Positions 1-9,308 of a stretch of 64,000 bases of DNA are shown here, piece after piece (position 1 is the stretch's first letter; the number at the start of each line of letters is the position of its first letter). Source of the stretch: Endomicrobiales bacterium. Its GTDB lineage: Bacteria; Elusimicrobiota; Endomicrobiia; Endomicrobiales; JALOBY01. The stretch covers positions 160,001 to 224,000 of the forward strand of contig CAWCNJ010000005.1 in NCBI GenBank assembly GCA_963796955.1, read 5' to 3'. The position numbers and the translations under genes were made by a program. The notes under the pieces are model-generated. The model did not search any database, had not been told where the DNA came from, and saw nothing but the letters and a program-made list of their open reading frames with translations.

Positions 1-711
1 CAGGTCAATCAGGAAGCGGCGCTCGCCCCGTTCAGTAAGGTTTTGGCCGCGAACCTGCGCGTCCGGCAGGCGGAGATAAAACAATTTCAGGTCCCGGGGG
101 AAAACCCGTACCTGAGCGAAAAGTATGATGCCTACGATCTGCCACAATTCATATTTCAGCGCAGCTGTGCCTTCTGCCATGGGGGCGTCGGCAACGGGCA
201 GGGCAGGGAAGCGGCTGAACTGCGAACACCGCCGGCCGACCTTACAAAACTGCGCACCAGGCCTGCCGATATCATGAAGGTGCTGCAGCGCGGCGTGCCC
301 GGTTCGGCGATGCCGTACTTCAGCATCTATACCGGCCGCGCGCTAAAAGGACTTATCGGGTATCTCTACAGCTATGTCGGCGTAAGAGAAGAGCTGGAGC
401 CCGTTGCCGCCGCCACCACGCCCGGCGAAGAACGGGAAGCGGCCCGCGTATACACGACCGTCTGCGCCGCCTGCCATGGTGGTGATGGAACGGTCTCCCC
501 GCAGGGCCGGCTGCTGCAGCCTGAGCCGCATAATATGACCGTATGGGAGCTGCAGCCGCAAGCGGCATGTAAGGCATTAACAGAAGGCATCCGCGGCAGC
601 GCGATGAGCGGTTATCCAAACCTGCCGGCGGGGGTGCGCTGGGCGCTGGTGAAACAGACGAATGCTTTTTACCGGTACCGGACGGTAAAAACACCATTGA
701 AAAGTCAGTAA
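1..711 (+). CDS. c-type cytochrome with at least two haem-binding motifs, 5'-partial
   Basis: Two CxxCH motifs (CAFCH, CAACH), each followed by a G(S)AM axial-Met motif; frame is open back to position 1. Confidence 0.85.
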   Translation, partial: QVNQEAALAPFSKVLAANLRVRQAEIKQFQVPGENPYLSEKYDAYDLPQFIFQRSCAFCHGGVGNGQGREAAELRTPPADLTKLRTRPADIMKVLQRGVPGSAMPYFSIYTGRALKGLIGYLYSYVGVREELEPVAAATTPGEEREAARVYTTVCAACHGGDGTVSPQGRLLQPEPHNMTVWELQPQAACKALTEGIRGSAMSGYPNLPAGVRWALVKQTNAFYRYRTVKTPLKSQ

Positions 712-797
712 CAGGCGGAAGACGGTCAAGCTGCGGTAAGACACAAATTTGTAGAATCAGCACTGTTGAACGCAGGGCGCTATCAGGAGAGAGAAAA

Positions 798-1940
798 ATG
801 AACGTCATTATCGTCGGCGCCGGTTTCGCCGGCATACAAGCCGCACACAGCCTGCGCTCACTGAAAAAAAAATATCCTGACGCCTCTGTGGCCGTGTACG
901 ATACTAACCCCTATACTACTATGCTGCCCGCCCTGCCCGAGATCGTGAGCGGGGCTATGGGCTCCGCCTGCGCTGTCGGGGCGATACCGGCGCTGCTGCC
1001 CCCGGGCGTGGCATTCCGGCGGGAAACCATAACCCGCATTGATCTTCACAAACGCACCGTTTTCACCGCCGCCTCAACGGAACAATATGACCGTCTGGTG
1101 CTGGCCTGCGGTTCTTCAAAGGCCGATCTTCACGGCTTCGATCAGTCTGTGGCGAGCGTGCACACGCTGGATAGTTTGGAAAGCGCTTTCCGTATGGGCT
1201 GCGCCCTGGGCGAATACCTTACCAGGGCCGCCAGTCCCGTCTGTATCATAGCGGGCGGCAGCTATACCGGTGTTGAGCTGGCCTGCGCCGTCTACCGGCT
1301 CGGGCTGCGGTGCGGGAAACCCATAGAACTGGTCATCGTTGAAGCGGGTTCCGAGCTGCTGAGCCTGCTGGATGCAAAAACCAGGCAGATCACGAACGAA
1401 CACATTAAAGGTTTGGGTTTTAAGACGATAACCTCAGCTCGCGTAGCCGCATTCAACGGAACGGACGTCGGGCTGTCGACCGGCGAACTGTATAAAAACG
1501 CCTTCCTCTGCTGGTGCGCCGGCACCAAGCGGGCCATTGAAGATATTCAGGGAGATTTTGAAAGTCTGCCCGATAAGCGCATCAAGGTCAATGAGTTCCT
1601 GCAGCTGGCGAACCACCCCGATGTTTTCGTACCGCCCGACACCGGCGCCGTGCTGCATAAGGGCGCCTATCTGCGCAAAGCGGTCAATTTCGCTTTTTAC
1701 GGCGGAAAATGCGCGGGCGACAATATTCTCAGGAGCATCGGTCGCCGGGCGTTAAGAAAATTCGTCCCGATGGACCTGGGCGAAGTATTGCCGCTATACC
1801 AGACCAGCGCCGGCAGGGTGCTTGGGTTCCTCACCGGAACAACAGGCTTACGGCTTCACTATTTTATGACAGGGTACCGAAACTATAACGCCGCGAACCG
1901 GCTTGCGTTCTTCTCCCGCGCGCTCGCACCGTTCGACTAG
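798..1940 (+). CDS. NDH-2-like FAD-dependent pyridine nucleotide-disulfide oxidoreductase
   Basis: N-terminal GAGFAG, YDRLVLACG, second Rossmann GGSYTGVELA; AGGAG RBS. Confidence 0.85.
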   Translation: MNVIIVGAGFAGIQAAHSLRSLKKKYPDASVAVYDTNPYTTMLPALPEIVSGAMGSACAVGAIPALLPPGVAFRRETITRIDLHKRTVFTAASTEQYDRLVLACGSSKADLHGFDQSVASVHTLDSLESAFRMGCALGEYLTRAASPVCIIAGGSYTGVELACAVYRLGLRCGKPIELVIVEAGSELLSLLDAKTRQITNEHIKGLGFKTITSARVAAFNGTDVGLSTGELYKNAFLCWCAGTKRAIEDIQGDFESLPDKRIKVNEFLQLANHPDVFVPPDTGAVLHKGAYLRKAVNFAFYGGKCAGDNILRSIGRRALRKFVPMDLGEVLPLYQTSAGRVLGFLTGTTGLRLHYFMTGYRNYNAANRLAFFSRALAPFD

Positions 1941-1949
1941 GAGTCTACA

Positions 1950-2867
1950 ATGACACAAACGTTTCCCCGCAGTAAAACAGAAATATGGCTGCAGGAGCTG
2001 CGGCTGCCGTTTTTGGTCGTCACGCTGCTGCCGGTATTGTTCGGGGCGGTCGTCGCCTGGGCCTCGCACATCCATTTGAATATGCCCGTCTTCGTGATAG
2101 CGGCCTGTGCCGCGGTATGCGTACATCTGGGAGCGAACGTTATTAATGATTATTTCGACCACCGCAACGGCACCGACGCGGTGAATGTGGAATACGTGCG
2201 CGGTTTTACCGGCGGCTCCAGGGCCATACAGGACGGCGCCCTCACGCAGGGGGAAGTGCTTGCCGGGGCGGTCGCATGCTTCTCAATGGCAGCTTTCATG
2301 ACCGCTTATCTCGGCGCCCGTTTCGGTCTGCCGATATTGTTCATGGGCATGGCGGGCCTGGCCGCAGCTATAACGTATTCCATGTTCCTGCATTCATTAT
2401 TGGTCGGCGAGCTGATGGTGGGCCTCTGTTTCGGCACGCTGCTGCCGGCGGGAAGTTTTTATCTGCAGGCGGGTTTTATAAGCAGGGAAGTATTGTACAC
2501 CTCTATCCCTATGGGCCTGCTGGTCTTCCTGATCCTGCTGATCAACGAGATCCCGGACCATACCGCCGATAAAGCAAGCAACAAAAAGACGCTGGCGGTA
2601 CGGCTGGGCAGAAAAGGCGCTGCGCTGCTGTATGTGGCCACGCTCGCGTTCGTCTACGTCTATATGATCGCTATAGCGCTGGTGCTGCGCACCCCGATAC
2701 CGTTTATCTCGCTCTTTACGGTGCCGGTAGCCTTCAGGTCTTGCGTGCATCTGTTGAAATATTATGACGTTCCCATCCGTCTCAGGTCCAGTATCGTCGC
2801 GACCATTCTGCTGTTCGCCGTCAACAGCCTGGTGCTGCTGAGCGCGTATATCGTACGGGGTATCTGA
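1950..2867 (+). CDS. menA: UbiA-family prenyltransferase, MenA-like
   Basis: NDYFDHRNGTD and NEIPDHTADKASNKKTLAVRLG Asp-rich motifs, many TM segments. Confidence 0.8.
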   Translation: MTQTFPRSKTEIWLQELRLPFLVVTLLPVLFGAVVAWASHIHLNMPVFVIAACAAVCVHLGANVINDYFDHRNGTDAVNVEYVRGFTGGSRAIQDGALTQGEVLAGAVACFSMAAFMTAYLGARFGLPILFMGMAGLAAAITYSMFLHSLLVGELMVGLCFGTLLPAGSFYLQAGFISREVLYTSIPMGLLVFLILLINEIPDHTADKASNKKTLAVRLGRKGAALLYVATLAFVYVYMIAIALVLRTPIPFISLFTVPVAFRSCVHLLKYYDVPIRLRSSIVATILLFAVNSLVLLSAYIVRGI

Positions 2868-2868
2868 T

Positions 2869-3683
2869 ATGGCCTTAAAAACGCTGGTTGATATCGGCAC
2901 GCTCATAGAAGACGACCTGCAGACCGTACGGGACGTGATCAAAAAATGCGTCAAGGACCAGCCCGCCGAGATCCGGCAAAGCCTGGACTATCATTTCTCA
3001 TCCGGCGGAAAACTGCTGCGGCCAATGCTCGCCTTTCTGACGGCGCGGGCCGCGGCCGGCGGCGAGCTGAACAGCGACCAGACGCGCGAGCTGGCCTTGT
3101 TCGCGGCAGCTTCGGAATTCGTGCACAACGCAAGCCTGGTGCATGACGACATTATGGACGGCGATCTTTTCAGACGCAACCTGCGCACGCTGCAGGCGCT
3201 CTACGGCGAGACTTGCGCCGTGCTCATAGGGGACGTGCTGCACATAACCGCTTTCGACCTGCTGTCCCGGCTGCGCGATCGCTCGGCGATAGGCATGATG
3301 ACAAAGACGATCCGGGACATGTGCTACGGCCAGCTGCTGGACGTGAAAAAAAAGAACGCACGGCCAGGGAGTATGAGAATATAATCCGCTACAAAACAGG
3401 CGCGCTGATGGAAACGGTCTGCACCGGCGGCGCGGTGATGTGCGGCCGCGCTATGGCGGAGCGCGACCTGCGCCAGGTGGGCGATTACGGTATGCACATC
3501 GGCATGCTCTATCAAATGGTGGACGATTATCTTGACGGTGATTCGGGTGTTACGCTGACCATGCACGCGATAACGCGGCTGGCGGATAAAAGCAAAAACT
3601 ATTTACAGGTCCTGCCGCACTCGCAATACCGGACGAAGTTGTTGGACCTGGTAGACCACGTGGCCCGCATGGCAATGAATTAA
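2869..3683 (+). pseudogene. Polyprenyl diphosphate synthase split by a frameshift near the A8 run at ~3346-3353 (possibly sequencing error)
   Basis: GGKLLRP, HDDIMD..RR, GQLLD in ORF 2869-3384; YKTG and YQMVDDYLD continue in ORF 3213-3683. Confidence 0.8.
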
Positions 3684-3704
3684 TAATGACCAAAGGGGAA
3701 TAGT

Positions 3705-5508
3705 ATGGCAAAAACAGCAAGTGACTTTCTGGTTGAACGGTTGTATGAGTGGGGTGTGCGCAGAGTGTACGGTTATCCCGGCGACGGCATCAACGGCGTC
3801 ATGGGGGCGCTCAACCGGGCCCGGGAGAAGATCGAGTTCGTCCAAACACGGCACGAGGAACATGGCTTCCTTCATGGCCTGCGCGCCACGCGAAATTCAC
3901 CGGCGAAGTCGGCGTCTGCATCGCCACGTCGGGCCCGGGCGCCATTCACCTGCTCAACGGACTTTACGACGCTAAGCTCGACCACCAGCCGGTCTGGCGA
4001 TCGTCGGGCAGCAGGCCCGCATCTGCGCTCGGGGCCGATTACCAGCAGGAAGTCGACCTCATTTCCCTCTTCAAGGACGTCGCCCGCGATTTCGTCCATA
4101 TGGCGCGCACCCCGGCCCAGATCCGTCAACTTATCGACCGCGCCCTCCGCATCGCAAAGCCGGAGCGCACCGTGACGTGCATCATTGTCCCGAACGACGT
4201 GCAGGAAATGGAGGCGGTCGAAGCAAGCCGGAACGCAAGCACGGCACGATTCTTCACCGGCATCGGCTATGAACCCGCGTAATCGTACCCAACGAATGCA
4301 GCTGCTCTCCAGGGCGGCCGAAATATTCAACACCGGCAAAAAAATGGCCATTCTCATCGGCGCGGGCGCGCTCGGGGCCGCCGAGCGAGGTGCATGGAAA
4401 CGGCGGAACTGCTCGGGCGCGGGCGTGGCCAAGGCGCTGCTCGGCAAAGGCGGTTCTGCCGGACGATCTTCCCTATGTCACCGGCCCCATCGGCCTGCTC
4501 GGGAGCCAGCCGAGCTGGGACATGATGGAGGAATGCGACACGCTGCTGATGATCGGCAGTAGTTTCCCGTATTCGGAATTTCTGCCGAAAGAAGGCCGGG
4601 CCCGCGGCGTTCAAATAGACATCAGCGCCCGTATGCTGAGCCTGAGATACCCGATGGAAGCCCTGCTGCAGGGCGACAGCAGGCAGACGTTGCATGCGCT
4701 TATTCCGCTGCTGCAGCGCAAAGAAGACCGGACCTGGCGTACGAAGATAGAGGACGGTGTCGTCCAATGGTGGAAAGTGCTGGAAGCCCGCGCCGGCCAT
4801 GAGGCTGAGCCTGTTAACCCGCAAAAACTATTCTGGGAATTATCGCCCCGGCTGCCGGAAAACTGCATCATTACCTGTGACTCGGGCACTTCTGCCAACT
4901 GGTATTCCCGCGACCTGAAATTCCGTCAGGGAATGCGCGGCTCCCTCTCAGGCGGCCTTGCCACCATGTGCCCCGCCGTACCGTACGCGATAGCAGCGAA
5001 ATTCGCCTACCCCAGCCGGGTGGCCATCGCTATTTCCGGGGACGGCGCCATGCAGATGCTCGGCAATAACAACCTGGTGACGATCGCCAAATACTGGAAA
5101 GAATGGAGCGATCCGCGTCTTATAATACTAGTGCTTAAAAACAAGGACCTGAACATGGTCACCTGGGAACAGCGGGTCTTCAACGGCGACCCGAAATACG
5201 AGGCTTCGCAGGATATCCCCGCAATGAAATATGCCGAATACGCAAAGCTGCTGGGCCTGGACGGTATTGAGATACAAAGCCCGAAGGCTATCGGCGACGC
5301 TTTCGACATGGCCCTGCGCAGCGATCGTCCGTTCGTAATAGACGCCCCCTGCGACCCGAACGTTCCTACTCTGCCGCCGCATATCAACCTGAAGCAGGCC
5401 AAGGGCCTTATGTTCTCGCTGCTTGGCGGCGACGTGGACCGCAAGGGCATTATCGTGGAGACCGCTAAAGAAATGATGGAAACGGTGTACGCGGGGGTTA
5501 AGAAATAA
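3705..5508 (+). pseudogene. Thiamine-pyrophosphate enzyme (pyruvate oxidase/PoxB-like) with several frameshifts between ~3860 and ~4450
   Basis: YGYPGDGIN and TRHEE in the first frame, TSGPGAIHLLNGLYDA in a second, GDGAMQM TPP motif in 4390-5508. Confidence 0.8.
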
Positions 5509-5911
5509 GCTGGTCAATAGAATACTTTTTGCCTCCTTCGATCACGAACATGACGGCGCACACCAGATAGAGCAGATCCAGCTCCCTGCCCCCGAAGCCT
5601 CCCGTCTGGTGCACCACAAGAGAGGTAACGACCATCTCTATGGCGATAAGCGCCGCGCTTGTCCGGGTAAAGAAGCCTGCTGCCAGAAAGAGCCCGCCGA
5701 AGACTTCCGTGATAGCCGCGGCGTAGGCCATCGGAGCGGCAAGCGGTATGTGCATGGCGCGCACATGTTCCGTGAACGCTCCCATGCCTCCAAAAAGTTT
5801 CCCGTGGCCGTGCCAGACGAACGCGCACCCCATAAAAACGCGCAGCAACACAGAGCCGATATTCAGGTCATATTTGACCGGACTGCTTTTCACTACGTTA
5901 AAAATTTTCAT
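5498..5911 (-). CDS. DoxX-family membrane protein
   Basis: LLRVFMG..F..HG..K, E..GG, G.FTR pattern; ATG at 5911 with RBS. Confidence 0.85.
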   Translation of the reverse strand: MKIFNVVKSSPVKYDLNIGSVLLRVFMGCAFVWHGHGKLFGGMGAFTEHVRAMHIPLAAPMAYAAAITEVFGGLFLAAGFFTRTSAALIAIEMVVTSLVVHQTGGFGGRELDLLYLVCAVMFVIEGGKKYSIDQLIS

Positions 5912-6073
5912 TTTTGCCTCCCCTCTCTGTTTAAGCAATCGTATAATATTTTCCTCCCGAACACGCTGTGATGCCATGACATCGGACTGACCTTGTTCCC
6001 CTGTTTCGAAAACGGAAAGAAGCCATTTTAAAATTGTGTCCGGTCATTGTGTATGACAGGATGTTAAGGTACG

Positions 6074-7156
6074 ATGGTGAACATGAACAAAAAAATAGTC
6101 CGGACCCTACTTATAACTGTTATTGTGCTGGTCTCGGCCCGTCTGGCGCTGCCATACATCGTGCGCTATTATGCCAACCGCACCCTGGCGCATCTGCAGG
6201 GCTATTACGGCCATGTGGGCGACGTGCATATGGCGGTGTACCGGGGCGCGGCCATTGTCAACGGTCTCTACTTAAATAAGATCGATCCGCAGACCGGCAA
6301 CCAGGTGGAATTCTTTACGGCGCGTGCGATCGACGGTTCAATAGAATGGGGCGCGCTGTTCCACGGTTCCATCGTAGGAAAAATTTCAGCGGATGCACCG
6401 CGGCTTATTTTTACGAAAGACAAGACCGATCCTGCAAAAGTAAGCAAAGACACGCCGCTTTTCCGGCGGCTGCTGAAAAAATTCATGCCGTTAAAGATCA
6501 ACCGTTTGGAAATTAAGGACGGCGCCATTCATTATGTGGACGCAGGGAAAAAGCCGCCCGTCGACGCTTCTTTGAAACAGGTGCATGTGCTCGCCCTTAA
6601 TCTTACGAACGTCGTTAATAACACCATACCGCTGCCGTCCACCGTTACCGCCAACGCCGCGGTCTACGGCGGCTCTCTGAACGCAACGGTCCGCTTGAAC
6701 GCCCTTGCCCAATACCCGACCTTTGAAATGAACGGTGAACTGAAAGACGCCGATCTCACCCAATTTAACGACCTGTTAAAAGCATACGGAAAATTCGTCG
6801 TCAACCGGGGAAGGCTCGGCGTATATACGGAGATGGCGGCCAAAGACGGTAAGCTGACGGGCTATATAAAGCCGATCATCAGGGATCTGGACGTGACCGG
6901 CCCCGGCGACACGAACAAGAATATTTTTCATAAGATGTGGGAATCAATGGTCGGCACCACCGCCTATGTGTTCAAGAACCAAAAAAAAGACCAGCTGGCT
7001 ACCAAAATACCCATCGCCGGCGATTTCAAAGATCCCACAACCGATAAGATCTATTCGCTCTGGGAGGTGCTGCAAAACGCCTTTATCAAAGCGCTGAAGC
7101 CCAGCCTTGATAACGGGGTGAATATTAATTCTATCGACGGAAAGAAAAAGAAATAA
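6074..7156 (+). CDS. DUF748/AsmA-like envelope protein
   Basis: N-terminal anchor ARLALP; C-terminal GYIKP, DQLATKIPIAGD, NAFIKAL. Confidence 0.75.
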   Translation: MVNMNKKIVRTLLITVIVLVSARLALPYIVRYYANRTLAHLQGYYGHVGDVHMAVYRGAAIVNGLYLNKIDPQTGNQVEFFTARAIDGSIEWGALFHGSIVGKISADAPRLIFTKDKTDPAKVSKDTPLFRRLLKKFMPLKINRLEIKDGAIHYVDAGKKPPVDASLKQVHVLALNLTNVVNNTIPLPSTVTANAAVYGGSLNATVRLNALAQYPTFEMNGELKDADLTQFNDLLKAYGKFVVNRGRLGVYTEMAAKDGKLTGYIKPIIRDLDVTGPGDTNKNIFHKMWESMVGTTAYVFKNQKKDQLATKIPIAGDFKDPTTDKIYSLWEVLQNAFIKALKPSLDNGVNINSIDGKKKK

Positions 7157-7178
7157 GCGCTATTTAGAGGAGCGTTAC

Positions 7179-8177
7179 ATGAAAAAGAAAGACGTCGTAT
7201 TCATTACCGGGGCTTCTGCGGGGGCCGGCCGCGCCATCGCGGATATATTCGCGCAGCACGGGTGTTCGCTGGGCCTGTTCGCGCGGGGCACAGAGCGGCT
7301 GGAAGCAGCGAAAACCTACGCGGAGTCGCGTGGCGCCCAGGCGATGATCTTTTCGGGCGATGTCGCTGACGCCGCTGCTCTGGAAAACGCGGCAGCCGCC
7401 TGTGAGGCAAAATTCGGGCCGATCGATATCTGGATAAACGACGCGATGACCACGGTCTTCGCGCCCTTCTGGGCGATAACCCCCGATGAGTTCAAGCGGG
7501 TGACTGAGGTGACCTACCTGGGGTATGTGTACGGGACCATGGCCGCACTTAAGCGCATGCGGCCCCGCAACCGCGGCTCCATTGTTCAGGTGGGTTCGGC
7601 GCTCGCCTACCGCTCCATCCCGCTGCAGTCGGCCTATTGCGGCGCAAAGCACGCGATCAAAGGCTTTACCGACTCTATACGTTCCGAGCTGCTGCACGAA
7701 AAAAGCAGGATCATGGTCTCCATGGTGCAGATGCCGGCGCTCAACACGCCGCAGTTCGACTGGTGCGAAGATAAAATGGATAAACAGCCCCAGCCGGTGC
7801 CGCCCATCTATCAGCCAGAAGTGGCGGCGCGCGCCGTCTATTGGGCGGCCTACCACAAGAACCGTGAATTGAATGTCGGCATCCGTACCTCCGTTATCTT
7901 ATGGGGAAATAAATTCTTTCCCGGATTCGGCGATAACTATCTGGCCAGGTTCGGCTACAGCGGCCAGTTCACCGACGAGCCCGCCACCCCAGACCGTCCT
8001 TCTAATTTATGGCACACGGTTAAAGGCGATTACGGCGCGCACGGTCAGTTCGATAAGCGCGCTCTGACGACATCGCGTTTTCTGTGGCTGGAGACCCATT
8101 GTCCCTGGCTGTGGAAAGCCGCGTGCGCCGCTGCCGCTGTCGCCGCGGTACTGGCGCTGAAACCAAGGAGAAAATGA
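7179..8177 (+). CDS. Short-chain dehydrogenase/reductase
   Basis: TGASAGAG, YCGAK. Confidence 0.9.
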   Translation: MKKKDVVFITGASAGAGRAIADIFAQHGCSLGLFARGTERLEAAKTYAESRGAQAMIFSGDVADAAALENAAAACEAKFGPIDIWINDAMTTVFAPFWAITPDEFKRVTEVTYLGYVYGTMAALKRMRPRNRGSIVQVGSALAYRSIPLQSAYCGAKHAIKGFTDSIRSELLHEKSRIMVSMVQMPALNTPQFDWCEDKMDKQPQPVPPIYQPEVAARAVYWAAYHKNRELNVGIRTSVILWGNKFFPGFGDNYLARFGYSGQFTDEPATPDRPSNLWHTVKGDYGAHGQFDKRALTTSRFLWLETHCPWLWKAACAAAAVAAVLALKPRRK

Positions 8178-8180
8178 ACT

Positions 8181-9308
8181 ATGACAGTACGGGATTTTGA
8201 GGCGCGTATTGAAAGCATCAGTGTCCGGGCCTTCAGTGTGCCCACGGACTATCCGGAAGCCGACGGCACTCTTGAGTGGGACAGCACGACGATGATACTT
8301 GTCGAGATAAAAGCCGCCTGCTGCGTGGGGATCGGCTACACCTACGCCGATGCCTCCGCCGTCCGGTTGATAGAGACGCTTTTCGCGCCCGCGATACACG
8401 GGGCAGATCCTTTTGACATCGCGTCCTGCTGGCAGGCGCTCACGAACGCCGCGCGCAACAACGGTGACAGCGGTATATGCAGAATGGCGATAGCTGCCGT
8501 CGACAGCGCGCTCTGGGATCTGAAGGCGCGGCTGCTGGAACTACCGCTGGTGAAATTGCTCGGCATGGTACGCGAACAGGTGCCCTGTTACGGCAGCGGC
8601 GGCTTCACCACCTATTCCATTGATCGTTTATGCCGGCAGCTCGGCGGCTGGGCGGGTGAGGGTTTTACGATGGTGAAGATGAAGATCGGCAGTGAGCCGC
8701 TTGATGATCCGGCCCGCATGGCGGCCGCCAAAGAGGCGATTGGGAAAGATGTGCAGCTGTTCGTAGACGCCAACGAAGCTTTTGAGCCTGCACAGGCGCT
8801 GCGCATGGCCGGGCTGTTTCCCGCTCTTGGCGTGACCTGGTACGAACAGCCGATCCGCCACCTGAACTTGGCGGGCATGCGGCAACTCCGTTCGCGGCTT
8901 CCCGCGGGGACTGAACTTGCCGACGGTGAATACATTTACACGGCCGACGACGCGCGCCGCATAATAGAGGCGGGCTCGGCGGATGTGCTGATGCCGGACG
9001 CCACCCGCTGCGGCATTACCGGTTTCCTGCAGGTCGCGGCATTGTGCGAAGTGTATGGCCTGCCTATGTCTTCCCACTGCGCGCCGAGCCTGCATGTGCA
9101 TGTATGCTGCGCGATACCACACCTGCGCCATATAGAATACTTTTACGACCACGCAAGGATCGAGAAGATCTTTTTCGGTGAAGCAGCCTCGGCGGCCAAA
9201 GGGATGATGAAGCCCGATCTTACAAAGCCCGGCATGGGCTTGTCGCTGAATGAGACCGCGGCCGCCCGGTTCGAGATAAGAACACAGGAGTTACTATGTC
9301 AGAAATAG
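8181..9308 (+). CDS. Mandelate racemase/muconate lactonizing (enolase superfamily) protein
   Basis: DSALWDLKAR, KMKIG, VDANE, WYEQP, DGE, HCAP. Confidence 0.9.
   Translation: MTVRDFEARIESISVRAFSVPTDYPEADGTLEWDSTTMILVEIKAACCVGIGYTYADASAVRLIETLFAPAIHGADPFDIASCWQALTNAARNNGDSGICRMAIAAVDSALWDLKARLLELPLVKLLGMVREQVPCYGSGGFTTYSIDRLCRQLGGWAGEGFTMVKMKIGSEPLDDPARMAAAKEAIGKDVQLFVDANEAFEPAQALRMAGLFPALGVTWYEQPIRHLNLAGMRQLRSRLPAGTELADGEYIYTADDARRIIEAGSADVLMPDATRCGITGFLQVAALCEVYGLPMSSHCAPSLHVHVCCAIPHLRHIEYFYDHARIEKIFFGEAASAAKGMMKPDLTKPGMGLSLNETAAARFEIRTQELLCQK

Noticed and set aside
3340..4460. Programmed frameshifting or phase variation in the polyprenyl synthase and TPP-enzyme genes
   Set aside because: Several indels cluster in ~1 kb of otherwise conserved genes; low-quality sequence is the simpler explanation and cannot be excluded without reads.
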